Under the pieces are notes generated by a model. That model had not been told where the DNA came from and made no database searches. It saw only the letters and a list, made by a program, of their open reading frames with translations. A stretch of 64,000 nucleotides of DNA, taken from positions 124,001 to 188,000 of the forward strand of contig OX597835.1 of NCBI GenBank assembly GCA_951406725.2. The letters are read 5' to 3'. The position numbers were made by a program, and so were the translations under genes. Position 1 is the stretch's first letter. The number at the start of each line of letters is the position of its first letter. Below, one piece after another: positions 41,322 to 55,592 of the stretch. Source of the DNA: Octopus vulgaris. Taxonomy: Eukaryota.

Positions 41322-42559
41322 CACTATGCATTTAAAACCAATAGGAGATGCCTTTTCAATAAAAAAAAATAGTTTTGAAAATTTATGAATTCTTTCAAAC
41401 ACCCCCGCTCGCTCACTCAGTATTAATTCTGGCCAACATCTTTGGTATTATGCTCTTAAAAAGGATGCGAGAAACCTTGGAAGTTAAAAAAAATTTTAGA
41501 AACCAACAATCACCATTACAATTCCTTTATTTTCAAACAGAAAATTAAACATAATTTAAAAACAATAGTGAAATCTTTTAAAATTTTTTTCATTAACCTC
41601 CCCCACTCCATAATTCCTAAAATTTCAGCTTTTTTAAAAAATTATTATTATCATTATTCTTTTACTTGTTTCAGTACTTATTTTATGAGCCTAGTACTTT
41701 TTTCTATCAGTCTCTTTTGCCAAACTGCTACGTTACAGAGATGTAAAGACACCAACACTGGTTGTCAGGCAGTGATGGGGGGACAAACACACACACACAT
41801 ATGATGTGCTTATTTAGTTTCTGTCTACCAAATCCACTCACAAGGCTTCGATCAGAAGACACTTGCCCAAGATGCCATGCAATGCGACTGAACCTGGAAC
41901 CATGTGGTAGGGAAACAAGCTTCTTACCACACAGCCACGCCTGTACCTATGTATTTTAAAGACTCCTTTGTACTTTAACAACATTCTTTCTTTCATAACT
42001 AACCATACATACTCTTGTGTTGATGACATCAGTCTTTATTCCTCAATTACCTTCCCTACAGACAACTGCAATGCCGCGATTGGACTTTGACCACTGAAAA
42101 CTTATACAGGCAGAAAATTAATAAACAAAATATTATGTCTAAGATGAGGTAAAATGAGTAATGACTAATTTCAATAATTTCTTCTCGTTAACGGCATGGT
42201 GCATGAATATATCAGGGAAAGAGTCACTGCAACAGATAGTGAAGAAGCTATAGAGAATATTTTGTGTTGAGCATTTTAATTTAGTCAGGTTTCATTAATA
42301 TCATATGTGCCATTTTCCCATAATACTCTTGTGTGTGTGTGTGTCTTGGATTTACTCAAAAGCATTCCTCCCTGTATTAGCTTTGTGAACCACCTTTCCA
42401 ATTCTGAGTAAATCCTCTGTTGAACCGATTCATTGCTACTACTATTGCTATCACCACCACCATCGTACTTACGATCATAACTACCACCACCACTACAGGC
42501 GACAGCAGTAGCTGGTTCTAATGAAACCATTAAGTAGGTAACTAGGTGGTTGGAGTTAT

Positions 42560-43172
42560 CTCCGTTGAAGACGAGAGCACTTTGCACCGCCGCCGCGCAG
42601 CGTCGCCACTGCTGGCAACACTGCTGATGTTTGGCTGCTGAAGGTTTCAGCTGAGGGCTTTGCTCGGTTGTTGTGGTGAACCCATCTCTTGTGTTCCTTT
42701 GAGGCTTTTATGCCTGGTGGCCTGTCTGTCCAGTGCAGGCCAATGCTGTGCAAGTGGTACGCTTCTCAGCTGTACTACTGCCTTTACCATGTTCTCTTAC
42801 TGGCTGCTATCGTAGGATCGCATCCGTTGGCATTTACCTCGCTGCCGTTCCACCTCAACGAATGCTTCCAAATGCCGTGCACTTTAACCGCGAACGTTCC
42901 CTACACGCAATCACTTCCACACACAACGACATCAACAGCCTAAACCGTTTTCATCTATCCTGCATACCGCCATCACCACCACCACCACCGCTGTTATTAC
43001 CTAGCACCACTACTAACACATTTATTTACAAGGCGACCCACTCTACGAATCACGGCTCGTTGATTTGCTGCCGAGGTTAACGACACCACCATCTCACGAA
43101 CCCCACTTAGTCTTGTATACCTTCTACATTATCTTCTACTCTTTTTCTACATTGTCCAGAGATCGCTCAATG
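42560..43172 (+). other. Probable first exon (GC/CpG-rich 5' leader) of an unidentified gene, ending in ATG|GTAAGT
   Basis: Unique GC-rich sequence in an AT-rich background. Consensus donor at 43173 directly follows ATG 43170-43172; in-frame stops lie upstream (43002, 43014). The start coordinate is approximate. Confidence 0.5.
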
Positions 43173-43888
43173 GTAAGTCTTTAAAAAATATACAGATAGA
43201 ATGAGAGAGAGAGAAAGAATGGCAAAGAGAATGAAGGAGAGTGAGAAATGAGAATGAAAGAAACAATGAAGAAAATAAAATTGAAAAAATAGTTTCAAGA
43301 AACCTTTTATTCAGCATTCTCTGTTCATTTGAGTAATATATTTATTTATTCTAAGTGGAAAGTGTCAAATATGCATTAAGTTAGGCTCTGGTCTAAAGAC
43401 TCCTTCCTTTCCATCTAAAATAAGGAAGGAATGGAAGTTTATTTTCTATTATTTGGTATTCCTTCGGATTTTCCTTTTATTAATTAGTGACTTCAAGTGA
43501 AGCAACTTGGAATTTTATGCCCTCGGTTTTTCTTTTTCTTTCTTTCTCCCCATTTTCTGTAATTTCAAGTTTGGTTGGGTTTTTTTTTTCTCTAGTGTTG
43601 GTTTGTTGGGAGGAGAAAAAATTACAAGGAAGGAATTCCTTTTAAGGAAGAGAGAAAGAAAAAGGCAGTCGGAAACCAACAAACAAAAAATTATATTGAT
43701 TGATTATAAAGTTTGGTTCCATGTGTCCCCTCCCTCCATCGAGAGAGTTTCTGATGGTGGGGCAGTCACGAAATGCTGTCTTCTCTCAAGTTTGACACAT
43801 CAAGTAAAAACAGTAAAAGTGTAAGATTCCGCTCTATCTTAATTCCTTACAAATACTTCATTTACAATACGTATGTATGTATATTTGC

Positions 43889-43952
<64 letters not shown>

Positions 43953-44030
43953 ATTATGACCTTATCACCTGCTGCCATATATAAATGTATTTGTGTGTAT
44001 GCATACATACACACACATAGTGTGAGTGTT

Positions 44031-44068
<38 letters not shown>

Positions 44069-44069
44069 T

Positions 44070-44201
44070 GTGCACACATGTATAGACACATATTTATATA
44101 TATATATATACAGATAAACATAGAATTATGTATATATGTACACATCATCACCACGGTCGAACAATGATGATGATGTGTACATATATACATAATTCTATGT
44201 T

Positions 44202-44233
<32 letters not shown>

Positions 44234-44268
44234 AATATATATAAATATGTGTCTATACATGTGTGCAC
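44070..44268. repeat. Inverted repeat with about 80-bp arms
   Basis: GTGCACACATGTATAGACACATATTTATA...ATAAACATAGAATTATGTATATATGTACACATCATCA is mirrored after a short spacer; the TA tract length differs between arms. Confidence 0.85.
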
Positions 44269-45318
44269 TATATATGTATGCTTATAAACATGCGTATATA
44301 TGTGTGTGTGTATGTGCGTGCATATAACTATATGAACTTCCGTCCTTTTATATTCCTGATTGTCGACTAATTCCATTCCATTAACAACCTTCTGCTACTA
44401 GATAGTATTTGTGTGTATGTGTGCACATATATATATCGAAAGTAAAGGAATTTTGTTAAAATCTTCGTTCGACTCCATTCTTTTCATTTATATATATACA
44501 TACACACACACTAGTTCCTCATAACACAGTCGTCGTCATATCGGTGTAGCTCGGTGCATTCACAGAACAAACCTCCAATCTTTTTCATCAGCCACTTTTC
44601 TATGAAGGAACTCTTGTTGCCAACACGCACTTGTGAACGATACTGATTATTACTATTATCATTATTATTGTTGTTGTTGTTGTTGTTGTTGTTATTATTA
44701 TTATTATTAAGAAGTACTGGAGTCAGTAGTATCGTTTACTCCCACCCCTCAAGTATTTTTTGATCTTGTTGCCCAAATCAAAAACAATTATTTTTTTTTC
44801 AAGCATTTATGCTCGTGCTTGATACATTTATTATTTTTGTTGTACCTCCTCTTCTTTCTCATTCTCGTCTACTTCATTTTCCCCATTTTCTCCATGGCTT
44901 GTCGGATGAATACATACATATATATATATATATATATAAACACACACACATATGTGCGTGTGTATTGTTCACTTTCTTTCTTCTCTTTTAATCTACTGCA
45001 TACTTGTCTAATGTCGTTTTTTAGATATTTTTTTTTCTACCGAACACCTCGATAGTTTAACATGTCCATTTGTCATTTCGATCAATTTTATGTCACATAC
45101 ACACACGCTTTAAACATTTGTATTACATAAATCTATTGTCTATATTAATCATACACACGTTTACACACTGAGTGTTGTTAGAATGTCGTGCATGCCCTCG
45201 TTAACCGCTGTTTACTTCCCACGGTTGAAAATCCACCTGAAAACCTTCAATAGTGACTGCTATTTTGCACAAATACTTCGCTTTAGGATTTCTTAATTGC
45301 TACGCATTTCCTATACTT

Positions 45319-45381
<63 letters not shown>

Positions 45382-48169
45382 GTTTAGCTCCAGGTCAACC
45401 GTGTTCAAACAGACATATGATTAAATGCACTCCAGTTGTGACCAGTCAGTCGTTCTAGGAGCATGTAGGAATATGTTTTGTAGTGTCCCCGTGTTTCTGA
45501 CGGGAAGATATATTTTGAGAATTTAGCTGCTAGTTCTAGCAGCTGGAGCATCTGCATAGAGATTGGCTCGTGTGTGTTGAGTACAATTAAGGTGTGTAGT
45601 TAATTGACTTCGTGTCAGAATATTCGTGGTTCTTCAACGAAGGAGAGAGTCTCTAAAGTGGTTGGTGGGCTTGTTAGAAATAGCAACCTAATCTCTATCA
45701 GATCACAACCGACTGTTTTTTTTTAATGATTTCTTGGATATTGTGGCTTATATTTTCACTACTAAAAAAAAAAAAGAAACAAACAAAGAAGGAAAGACGT
45801 GTTTGTCGTAACTGGAATCGCTTTGATCAAAGATCTACTGAATCAAGGCCGATCTGGTTGCTAAAATAGCAACTGGTTTTATGAATTCAACCTGGAAATG
45901 TATGAGTGACACGATCTTCTTCTTGGTTGGTTTGCTTGATAATGTCAGTTATAATTCTCCATGAGAGATTTACAATGTGTCTAATCGTCTGTTTCGAATG
46001 ATAATTTATTCTTCTTTACCTAAATTCACCATTCCTGCACGAGCCGACGGCGAAACGTCTCCATAGTCACTCGACTTGGTTGAAATAACGACCAAATCTT
46101 CTCCAAATTACATCCTACCATCGCTATAAATTAGAATAGTATCTGATATACAAATGACAGAAGGTCTAGTCTAAGACTACCGCGGGACACAGCAACTAAT
46201 TGTTCATTTCTTGTTCGCTTATTTTTGTTTTTATTCTATGAGCCGACGATAGAGCCTCTATGCCGTTACTCGATCTACTAGAAATAGAAGCCAAATCTCC
46301 ATCAAATCACATGAATAAGTAAATAAAGGGGGATACGTTAGACAATGTAGTAGTTTATGATATATCAAAAAAAAAAAAAATCCCAAAATCTATGATTACG
46401 GCCCCGATCAGCGTTAAACAACAACGTTTGAGTATTCCTATCCAGTTGTTTTTATGTATTCCAGTCGCTACTTTCTCCTTAGCAATACCGATTCCTTACT
46501 ACAAACATTTCACGAATTCCGCTACCCCCACCACTGGCTCATCGATTCATTAAATTTATAAATTACTTTTGTAAAATGCTTGTTGACAGATAATACCCTA
46601 CGTCGACACCCTGGGGATGGATGTAGTTCTTTAAAACACCATTGTACATTGTGCAGCACATGTTTTTAGAAAATATTCCAAGTAGAGAGATATATAGGGG
46701 GTGGGGGGACGGAGGGAATGAGTGAGGTGGCAGACATAGATTTACATCTACAAGTGGTGGTCGTGAGAGGAGGAAGTATAAATATTTCTAAATGTTTGTC
46801 GGAAGAAATGTCCACTTAAGTCATTGTCAGTTACAAGTGTGTTAGATGGCCGAGTTGATAGGGTCTCCGCCTATGTATCAAAGTTCCATCAAGTCCTAGC
46901 TTGTCACCACTGCTCTACTGTCTCCGTGGAAAACACTTTTTACTCTCAAAGGCACAGCCCACCTATCTTCTGTAAATACGAGGTTTTGCTGCTGTTTGGT
47001 TGTCGCTCGGTCCGCCAGAGATAACAGCCGAATTACCCATAAGGAAAGAAAACATCGAACAATATAGTCCTTCATACGTCTCAAAAGATGCAATGCTCAT
47101 CGTTGGGGTAACCCTGATCATAGGTTTGGTGGAGCAAGGCTGGTTTGAGGCTAAACAACCACAACAACGTGGTTGTTTGACATGCAAGAAATGACAGCCA
47201 AATCTATAAATAATCTCGCTCTACTGTTACTCTAGTTCATGTAATACTAGATACATTATCATCATCATAGTTTTAATGTCTACTTTTACATGATTGCATG
47301 TGAAGGCGCATAGCTCAGTGGTTAGAGCATTGAGCTCAGTATTATGAGTTAATGAATTCGCTCCTTGACCTGGCTGTGTGTTATGTTCTTGAGCAGTACA
47401 AAAACAACAAAAAAAACGGCTTTATCGATCACATTCTCACCTGGAATTGATTTTTGTAATTTTTTCAAGACTTATACATGCCCTGATACCTTCAGTATCT
47501 ACATATCAAATTTGAGCGCAATCGGATGGAGGATGCCCGAGATCCGAGAAGACACACAGACAGACAGATTTTATATGATATATATATATATCATCATCAT
47601 CGTTTAACGTCTGCTTTCCATGCTAGCATGGGTTGGACGATTCGACCAGGGTCTGGGAAGCCAGGAGGCTGCACCAGGCCCAGTATGATCTGGCAATGTT
47701 TCTACAGCTGGATGCCCTTCCTAATACCAACCACTCCGTGAGTGTAGGGGCTGCTTTTTATGTGCCAGGCGAGGCTGGCAACGGCCACGATTGGTTGGTG
47801 CCTTTTACGTGCCGCCATATATATATATATAGACATACATACATACAAATAATCAGAAAATTGAGAAAACCTCAGATTAACAAACACATTGATAGGACCA
47901 CATTTATAGTTTATTTTTTAATACAAAGCATGACATAACAAATATATGACATTCAACAGGCTTCTTTCAGTTTCTGTCTACCAAATCCACTTCTAAGGCT
48001 TTGTTAGTTTGGGGTTAATGTGGATGTCCAAGGTTCCATACTGTGACACTGATCTCAAAACCATCCAGTTGGAAAGCAAACTTCCTAACCATACCAGAGC
48101 CAATGCTGGAATGGCTCTTGTCATAGGTCTAATCAGTATGGTCTAATCTGGGACTAAGCTCCAAGATTC

Positions 48170-48740
48170 TTCATGATGGTAGAATAATTGATTTGTTATT
48201 GTAATCAGTGGAAACATCATGATTGATGTATATGTTTTTGTTTAAATATTCCTTATTGGATTGGTCTGAAAGAAGGAGCTGTACCCATGGCCTTTACAGA
48301 CTCACCAGGGCTAGTTGTATCAGCGCACTTTGAACACTTTGTAAATTAATAGTTGCAAGATGGTGGTGATGGGGCATAGACAGGGTTGTGTTCTGTAAAG
48401 AAGGATTGTGGGTGTGGTGGCTAGTGCAGAGGGTAAGGAAGACACAGTCTGGATGATTCCCTTCTGGATCTCACCAAGTTTTGAAAAAGGTTGGTCATTG
48501 TTGAAGGCTGAAATACATTTTTGGTCCTGAAAAGAAAAGTTAGTCTTTTTGATGTAGTCTTTGTCATGTTGAGGATGTTGGGAAAGTTCTTTAGTAGTAG
48601 TTGAGGCCTAGCATTTGTAGTTGCATACTGGGTATGTTTAGGATGGGGTGCATATGGTAATGTTTTCTTGATATGTGTTTGTTTTATGTCCATTTTTTGC
48701 ATGCTGGTATGAATATATTATTGAAGAATGGGTTATTTGG
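48170..48740 (-). mobile_element. Possible highly degenerate Penelope-like fragment (linker/GIY-YIG region)
   Basis: TLPY.P.P and CNY.FTKCSKC....PGES loosely resemble a GIY-YIG N-terminus; many stops. Confidence 0.25.
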
Positions 48741-50589
48741 CAACCCTGCTGATACTGGTGCCATGTAAATAGCATCCTGTCCACACTGTTAACTTGTTGG
48801 CCTTTGGAAGGGCATCCAGCTGTGAAAACCATGCCAAAATTGACCTTGCCTGTGCTGGTGCCAGGTAAAATGCACACGGTCCACTCTATGGGGTAGTTGG
48901 TGTTAGGAAGGGTATCCAGCCATAAAAACCATTCCAAAACAGACACAGTAGCTTGGTGTAGTCTTCTACCTGGCTGGCTCCTGTCAAACTGTCCAACCCA
49001 TGCGGATATTAAGTGATATTATGATGATGATCATAATGATTATTGAGCCATTGTTTAAATGGAAAGAATGTGTGTTCTGATGACATGAAATGATAGTTGG
49101 AAGTGAATGTCACCATCATATAAACAGTACCATTTCTTTCCAGTTTTCCAGGAAAACATGGTTAGCCATGGGGGAATAATATCTCATTTGGAAACAGGTG
49201 ATGGTTGTTGAGAGGAAGGGGTCTGGCAGATCAGTGAATCGCATCTGATCCATCTGAGCACGAAAACATGGATATTAATTAAAATAACGACTCTACTAAT
49301 GAGTCCCACATCTTTTGCTCACCTCGAAATTCAATTCTTTTCTTTTATTCTTTTACTTGTTTCGGTCATTTGATGCAGCCATACTGGAGCACCACCTTGA
49401 AGGGTTTTTTTAAGTCAAACAAATCAACCCCAGTACTTATTTTATGAGCCTAGTACTTTTTTCTATCAGTCTCTTTTGCCAAACTGCTAAGTTACAGGGA
49501 TGTAAAGGCACTAACACTGGTTGTCAGGCTTTGATGGGGGGGACAAACACAGACACAAAGGCATGCGCTCGCACGCACACACACACACACACATAAAAAC
49601 AGGCTTGTAGTACTGAGTTAAAATCTAAAAACCAAAGAAACTAGTGAAGATTTGTGTGTACAATTATCAAATCTACAGTGTTGGTTTGTCTGCAGAGAGA
49701 AGACTACTCAAAAGCTGTGCCATTAATTCAGAAACATTCACACTGTCACACTCTTGTAACAAATAACAGATGCAACATTCACTGCTTCAAGATTAAAATT
49801 GAGAAAAATCTTTCTATAAATTAGGAATAGAAAACCATAAAATTAATGAAGGGCAGAGAGATGGAAGGAGAAATCATCTTCCTAATAATGGAGACCTGGT
49901 TTCAAGAACTCCACTGAATCACTGCTGAGTTCTATTCTCTAATCAGAAAGCAGTGGATGTCAACAAACAGGTATAGGTCAAGCCTCTAAAAGATAGTGAC
50001 TAACCTGCATCAAGAGAGATATTTCGAATGCCTTGTATGCCTCAGTATACAGACCATGTTGCAATGTCTGGCCACTTTGATCTCAAAGAGGTGGGGAACA
50101 ATCCTTGAAGTTGATGAGCTTCTACATCAAATGGATTTTGAATTTAAATTTGGAGTTATAAGAGACTACTAAATTTACATTTGTTATCTAAGTTCACCAT
50201 TTGTTTATGAACTATGATGAAACTTCTTCATGTTTGTACTGCCACAGTGATCCCAAGGAGATATGGAACAGTCCATGAAACTAGTGAGGTTTACATCATT
50301 TGAATTTCAAATGTGGATTTGGAAGTGTGTGAGAGACCTCGAAATTTATTTCATCATTATCACTTATACTTTCCCATGCTTGTTTGCATCAGACAGAATT
50401 CACTGAGGCAGATTTTCTGTCCAAGCAAGGTAATATTCTCCTGTGGCTGGACATGTTTTCATGGGAGATTGAAAACGAATGACACTGCTTGTATGGTGGT
50501 GACACTTGTTTACAACTACCACAAACACACAAGAGAAGGCACGTGCTTGCACGAGCACACACACACGTGTCCTCGCACTCAGACTCGTG

Positions 50590-52755
50590 TGTAGGGCTAG
50601 AATGTTGTCAAGAAGACAACTAGTTGGGAAAAGAAAGACCTAATTAGTCAGAGATTTAGAGATGATCCACACAAAGCACTTGACGAGAAGGAAGAGGATA
50701 TAGTAACATGTAACATGAGGACAGCTGGAGGCTCCAACAGGACAACTTAATGAGATATACTGACCAAATTTGTGGCTTGTGCAAAGTCCCCTCCAGACCT
50801 GAGATGACATGATTGTGGAACAATGTAGCAGACAGGACCATTAGAGTGAAAAAACAATCCTGGAAGAATGGTGGTAGCAGGGAAGCTAAGAGATATGTAT
50901 ATTTAGCTAGGGGAAAAGCTGAAAGGAAGAAGCTTATCAATGTTCTGAAACACCTCATTGCGGACCAGAAGTTTGAGGTGTTTCAGATTGCAAAACAGTG
51001 TGTGAAAGAAAATCATGATGTTGTAAGAGAGAAGTGTGTCTGCAGGTAGTGATTCTGCAAAGAATGAGGCTTGGAAGTGCCACTACGAAAGGCTGCTAAA
51101 TGTTGAGAATGCATGTGGACCCAACAGAGGGACCAGCTATCCAAATTGACAGTCACTTGATAGATAAAGCAATTAAAGATATAAAGACAGAAAGCCCCCA
51201 GCCCTTCAGGAATAATCATTGAGATGTTTAAAATATCTGCCAGAGGGGGTTATGGCCTAGTCATCTGTATGGTTAATCATGTTACCTATGAGGGCGTCAT
51301 ACCCAACAACTTGTGTAACAGCATTGTAGTCAGCTGCGACAAAGGCAAAGGCAATGCCTTAGAAATAATTACAAGGGTATCAAATTATTGGACCTTGTGA
51401 TGAAAGTTACAGAGAGGATCATAGCTCAACTAATTAGGAAGAGAGTTAGCCTGGATGAGATGCAGTTTGATTTTGTGCCGGAGAAGCATTACCAATGCTA
51501 GCTTCTTGGTAAGCAACTGCAGGAGAAGTCAAAAACAAACCCCTACTTGGCTTTTGTTGATATGGAGAAAGTCTTTGATAGGGTCCCCTGCTCTGTCATC
51601 TAGTGATCAATGCAGAAGCTAGGGATAGATGAGTGGTTGGTGAGGGTTGTACAACTCCTGTATGAGGACATTGTCAGTAAGGTGAAGGTCAGCAATGAGT
51701 ATGGTAATGAATTTAGTGTACAAGTAGGAGTTCACCAAGGTTCAGTTCTCAGCCCCTTCTTGTTTATCATAGTCCTCCAGGCCATAATGTGGCTACCCTT
51801 GGGAGATCCTCTATGCTGATGACCTTGTTCTTATTTTGAGCCACTATCTGAACTAGAGAGGATATTTCAGGTGTGGAAGCAAGGTCTGGAATCAGAGTTA
51901 ATTTAGCAAAGTTAATTGGAAAAGAGATGATTTAGCAAAGACCAAAATCCTAGTAAGTTGGGAAACGGACACATCACAAATCCCTTCAGGGAGATGGCCC
52001 TGCTTGATATGTAAAGATGTTGGTAGAAACTACATACAGTGTGCCCAGTGCAAACTATGGACACACAAGAGGTGTATCATTATCACTGGAAGGTTAACAG
52101 AAAATATACAGAGAATAGACTTTCTCAAATGTCCAGGAGGATCCTTAGAAGTAGTAGATAGTTTCCATTACCTAGGTGACCAAGTTAGCAGTGGGATTGG
52201 AAGTTCTGAAAGTTTACTTACTCAAATACAAACAGGCTGGACAAAGTTCAGAGAGCTTCTACCTTTGTTGGTAACAAAGAGCCTCTCTCTCTGAGTTAAA
52301 GGCAGATTGTATAATGCTACATGGCAGTGAATTGTAGGCTGTGACTACAGGGGAATTGCAAAGGCTTGAAAGTAATGAAGCCAACATGATCCACTGGATG
52401 GGTAATGTCAAGGACCATGTAAAAAGCACCAGTGCTGGCACCACATGAAAAAAAAACACAGGTACTGACACCATGCAAAGAGCACTAGTGTTGGCACCAT
52501 TTGAAAAGCATTAGTACTGGTGCCATGTAAAAGGTACTAGTGTTGGTTCCACACAAAAGATACCTGTACTGGTGCCATATAAAAAAAAACACCCAGTACA
52601 CTCTGTAAAGTGGTTGGTGTTAGGAAGGATTTCCAGCTGTTGAGACCATACCAAAACATAGAATTGGAGCCTGGTGCAGCTCTCCGGGTTTACCATCTCC
52701 TGTCAAACCATCCAACCCATACCAGCATGGAAAATGGATATTAAATAATGATGAT
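50590..52755 (+). mobile_element. Degenerate RTE LINE with 3' UTR and tail
   Basis: WLWNNVAD, KAPSPSG, YLAFVDMEKVFDRVP, VGVHQGSVLSPFLF, LYADDL, Cys-rich CAQCKLWTHKRC, then a (GAT)n-like tail. Confidence 0.88.
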
Positions 52756-53687
52756 ACACACACACACACATCTTTCAGTTTCCATCTACCAAATCCACTC
52801 TCAAGGTTTTGATTGGCTATAGTAGACATTTACCCAAGGTGCCATGCAGTGGGAGTGAACTGGAAACCACATTGTTAGAAAGTAAACATCTCAACCACCT
52901 AGCCATGCTTACGTGTATCAAAATTCACCTTTTATTTGTGATCCAAGAAAGGAATCTCTTCATGATTGCCTGCCTAGCTAGATATAGCTATCAATTCGTA
53001 TAAGACAAGTCACTAGAATCTAAAGAACAGTTCAGTTGCCTTGAGGCGTAAAGAATTTTAATGATTTTTACGTGCCACCAGCATGTAAAAGGGCACCATT
53101 CGAGCGTGATCGTTACCAGTGTCGCCTTACTAGCACTTGTGCTTGTGGCACGTGAAAAAACATTTGAGCGAGCTCGTTGCCAGTACCGCCTGACTGGCCC
53201 TTGTGCCGGTGGCATGTAAAAGCACCCACTACACTCTAGCATGGAAAGTGGACGTTAAATGATGATGATGGGCTTCTTGCAAGTAAGAAGGAGCAAAATA
53301 GTGAGAACTATATAACTTGAGAGGAACTTTGAAAACAGTAGAATTAATTAGCAATTGATGCATTTGTTTGATGAAGAAAATCTTAAGCATTTTACGCTTC
53401 TTTTCACATCTGAAGCAAATAGATGGGTTGTTAATGTCCTCTCATTTATCCTTTTAGCTAACATGTTTTTGCTTTGTCGAGCAGATCCATCACCATTATG
53501 TATTTTTTTATATCATCCAATGTATTCTTTCCATTTTTATTTTTTCTAGAGAGTAGGGTGTAATTTGAGGGAAATTTGGCATCTCTTCCTTGTAGATTTA
53601 AACAACTACATAAAAAATTCCTTATTAGCATTTTCTCCTTTTCTATTTCTTTTTTAAAAAATTTGTGACTGGTATGGTTCTGTAGGT

Positions 53688-54000
53688 GGATGCGCAATGG
53701 CCCAGTGGTTAGGGCAGTGGACTCACGGTCGGAGGATTGCTTGTTTCAATTCTCAGACCGGGCGTTGTGTGTGTTTATTGAGTGAAAACACCTAAAGCTC
53801 CACGAGGCTCCAGCAGGGCGGTGGCGACCCCTGTTGAACTCTTTCGCCCCAACTTTCTCTCACTCTTTCTTCCTGTTTCTTGAGTAATGCTGCGATGGAC
53901 TGGCATCCCGTCCAGCTGGGGGGAACACATACGCCATAGAAACCGGGAAACCGGGCCCATGAGCCTGGCTAGGCTTGAAAAGGGCACATAGATAAAATAA
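53688..54000 (+). mobile_element. Near full-length tRNA-derived SINE
   Basis: A-box TGGCCCAGTGG, degenerate B-box, CTGCGATGGACTGGCATCCCGTCCAG body and an A-rich end. Confidence 0.8.
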
Positions 54001-54529
54001 CTTGTAGTATAGCAGTTAGTGTGAGTGATTTTGTATTTTCTCTCCACATGTATTTGCTGACTGTAAGCAACATGTTAACTGAAAGGATAAATAAATGAGA
54101 AGACACTAACAATACAGGGAGTGTCCTGTGCTAGCAGTCAACCACAAAAGCATATCTAGACATGTATTGATATGCGGCACAATCTTTGTCAACATAAGAC
54201 TCATTCAAATGTTGCTGTTTTTATTTTCAGTTCGTTGCTTAACTATGTCAAGGTTGTTTGTGAGATATTTCACTTCATTTATGTTGTAAGCAAGGTAAAA
54301 CTATTATAAACATTGCTATTTCTCAGCTCTTTCCCCAATCAAAATGAACATCCTACCTGCATGAGGAACTATATTATCTGTTTATTTGTGACAATACTAC
54401 TTCACATTGAAAGGATTGGCAATTAGCTGAAAAAACAATTATCCTATATAATCTGACTGATAAATATTGACTATTACCATACACTATTCAATAAATGTCG
54501 TAGGATGTATATTTTTTTGTCAGGTTTAT

Positions 54530-54746
54530 TTAACCCTTTCGTTGCTGTATTTATTTTGAGATGCTCTGTGTTCTTTCAATTACTTTAAATATAACAAAGA
54601 ATTCAGTAAAATAATTTAGTTATCATTCAGCTGGTGTGAGGAACATAAAGTGTGACTAAGGTTTGGTGGAAGATTTTAATTCAAAACTTATGAAAAAAAG
54701 ACATTTGTACTCAGAGTTTCAGCCAGGTTGGTAACGAAAGGGTTAA
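54530..54746. mobile_element. TTAA-flanked piggyBac-type MITE (209 bp plus TSD)
   Basis: TTAA-CCCTTTCGTT...AACGAAAGGG-TTAA; a related partial copy lies at about 34760-35010 in the opposite orientation. Confidence 0.82.
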
Positions 54747-55293
54747 AGTCAAATCTTCTGGCATAGCTGTGTGACTAAAAAGGTAGCACCCCAATTATTT
54801 TCTTACAAGTTCAGTCTCACCATGTGGCACCTTGAGTGAGTGTTTTCTACTATAGCCCCAGGGTGATCAAAAGCCTTCTTAATAGAATCACCTGAGAGAA
54901 ACTGAAACTCTATGTATGTTTGTATGTGTGTATATATACACATGTGTGTGTTTGTATCTCCTTGTCTTGTCGATGTGGAATTAGCTGTAAATGAGTGTCA
55001 CCTTCATACAAGTGGTGTCATTTATTTCCAATATTCTGTGAAAACATGCCTGGCCATGGATAAACATTACTTGTAAGCAAGTGAAAAGTTGGCAGCAGGA
55101 AGAGCTTCTGGCCATTTGAAGACCTACCTCAGCAAATTCTATCTGGTCCATGCAAGCATGGACAGGTGGCCATTAAAATGATGGTGTGATATAAACTACA
55201 GCCATCACTTGCAATCAAGGATGACCTTATATCAGCATGTCCCATGCTTTTACTAATGATTTTAGGTGCTTATTTAGTCGCAAGCAGACATTC

Positions 55294-55385
55294 CCACGCA
55301 CTGAGAAATAGACGTCAAAAGACACTAGCTCAACCATAAATTCTCTAGTAATAGTGTCTTTTGATGTCTATTTTTCAGTGTGTGG
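55294..55385. repeat. 34-bp inverted repeat related to the 19342 palindrome family
   Basis: CCACGCACTGAGAAATAGACGTCAAAAGACACTA versus TAGTGTCTTTTGATGTCTATTTTTCAGTGTGTGG; 3 mismatches. Confidence 0.8.
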
Positions 55386-55592
55386 TGAGGCATAAGCCAA
55401 GCCCTTGTTATAATTATGTATATAATTATAAAATATTTGTAAAATTTACCTATGAGGGTTTTATTTCCACGCTGACTACCTGGTAAAAATCATTAATGAT
55501 TTTTACCCTTTATTATTATTATTATTATTATATATATATATACACACACACACACCCTCATGTATATGCACACACACACACACACACACATT

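Noticed and set aside
42285-42587. 100-aa minus-strand ORF
   Set aside because: Non-ATG start, low complexity and no recognisable domain; not supportable as a CDS.
49860-50080. IFLIMETWF and SVYRP motifs suggesting an APE endonuclease relic
   Set aside because: Too degenerate and short to call.
53688-53765. tRNA gene candidates at SINE heads (also about 27240-27308, 28780-28830 and 47303-47370)
   Set aside because: No intact cloverleaf; each continues into a SINE body.
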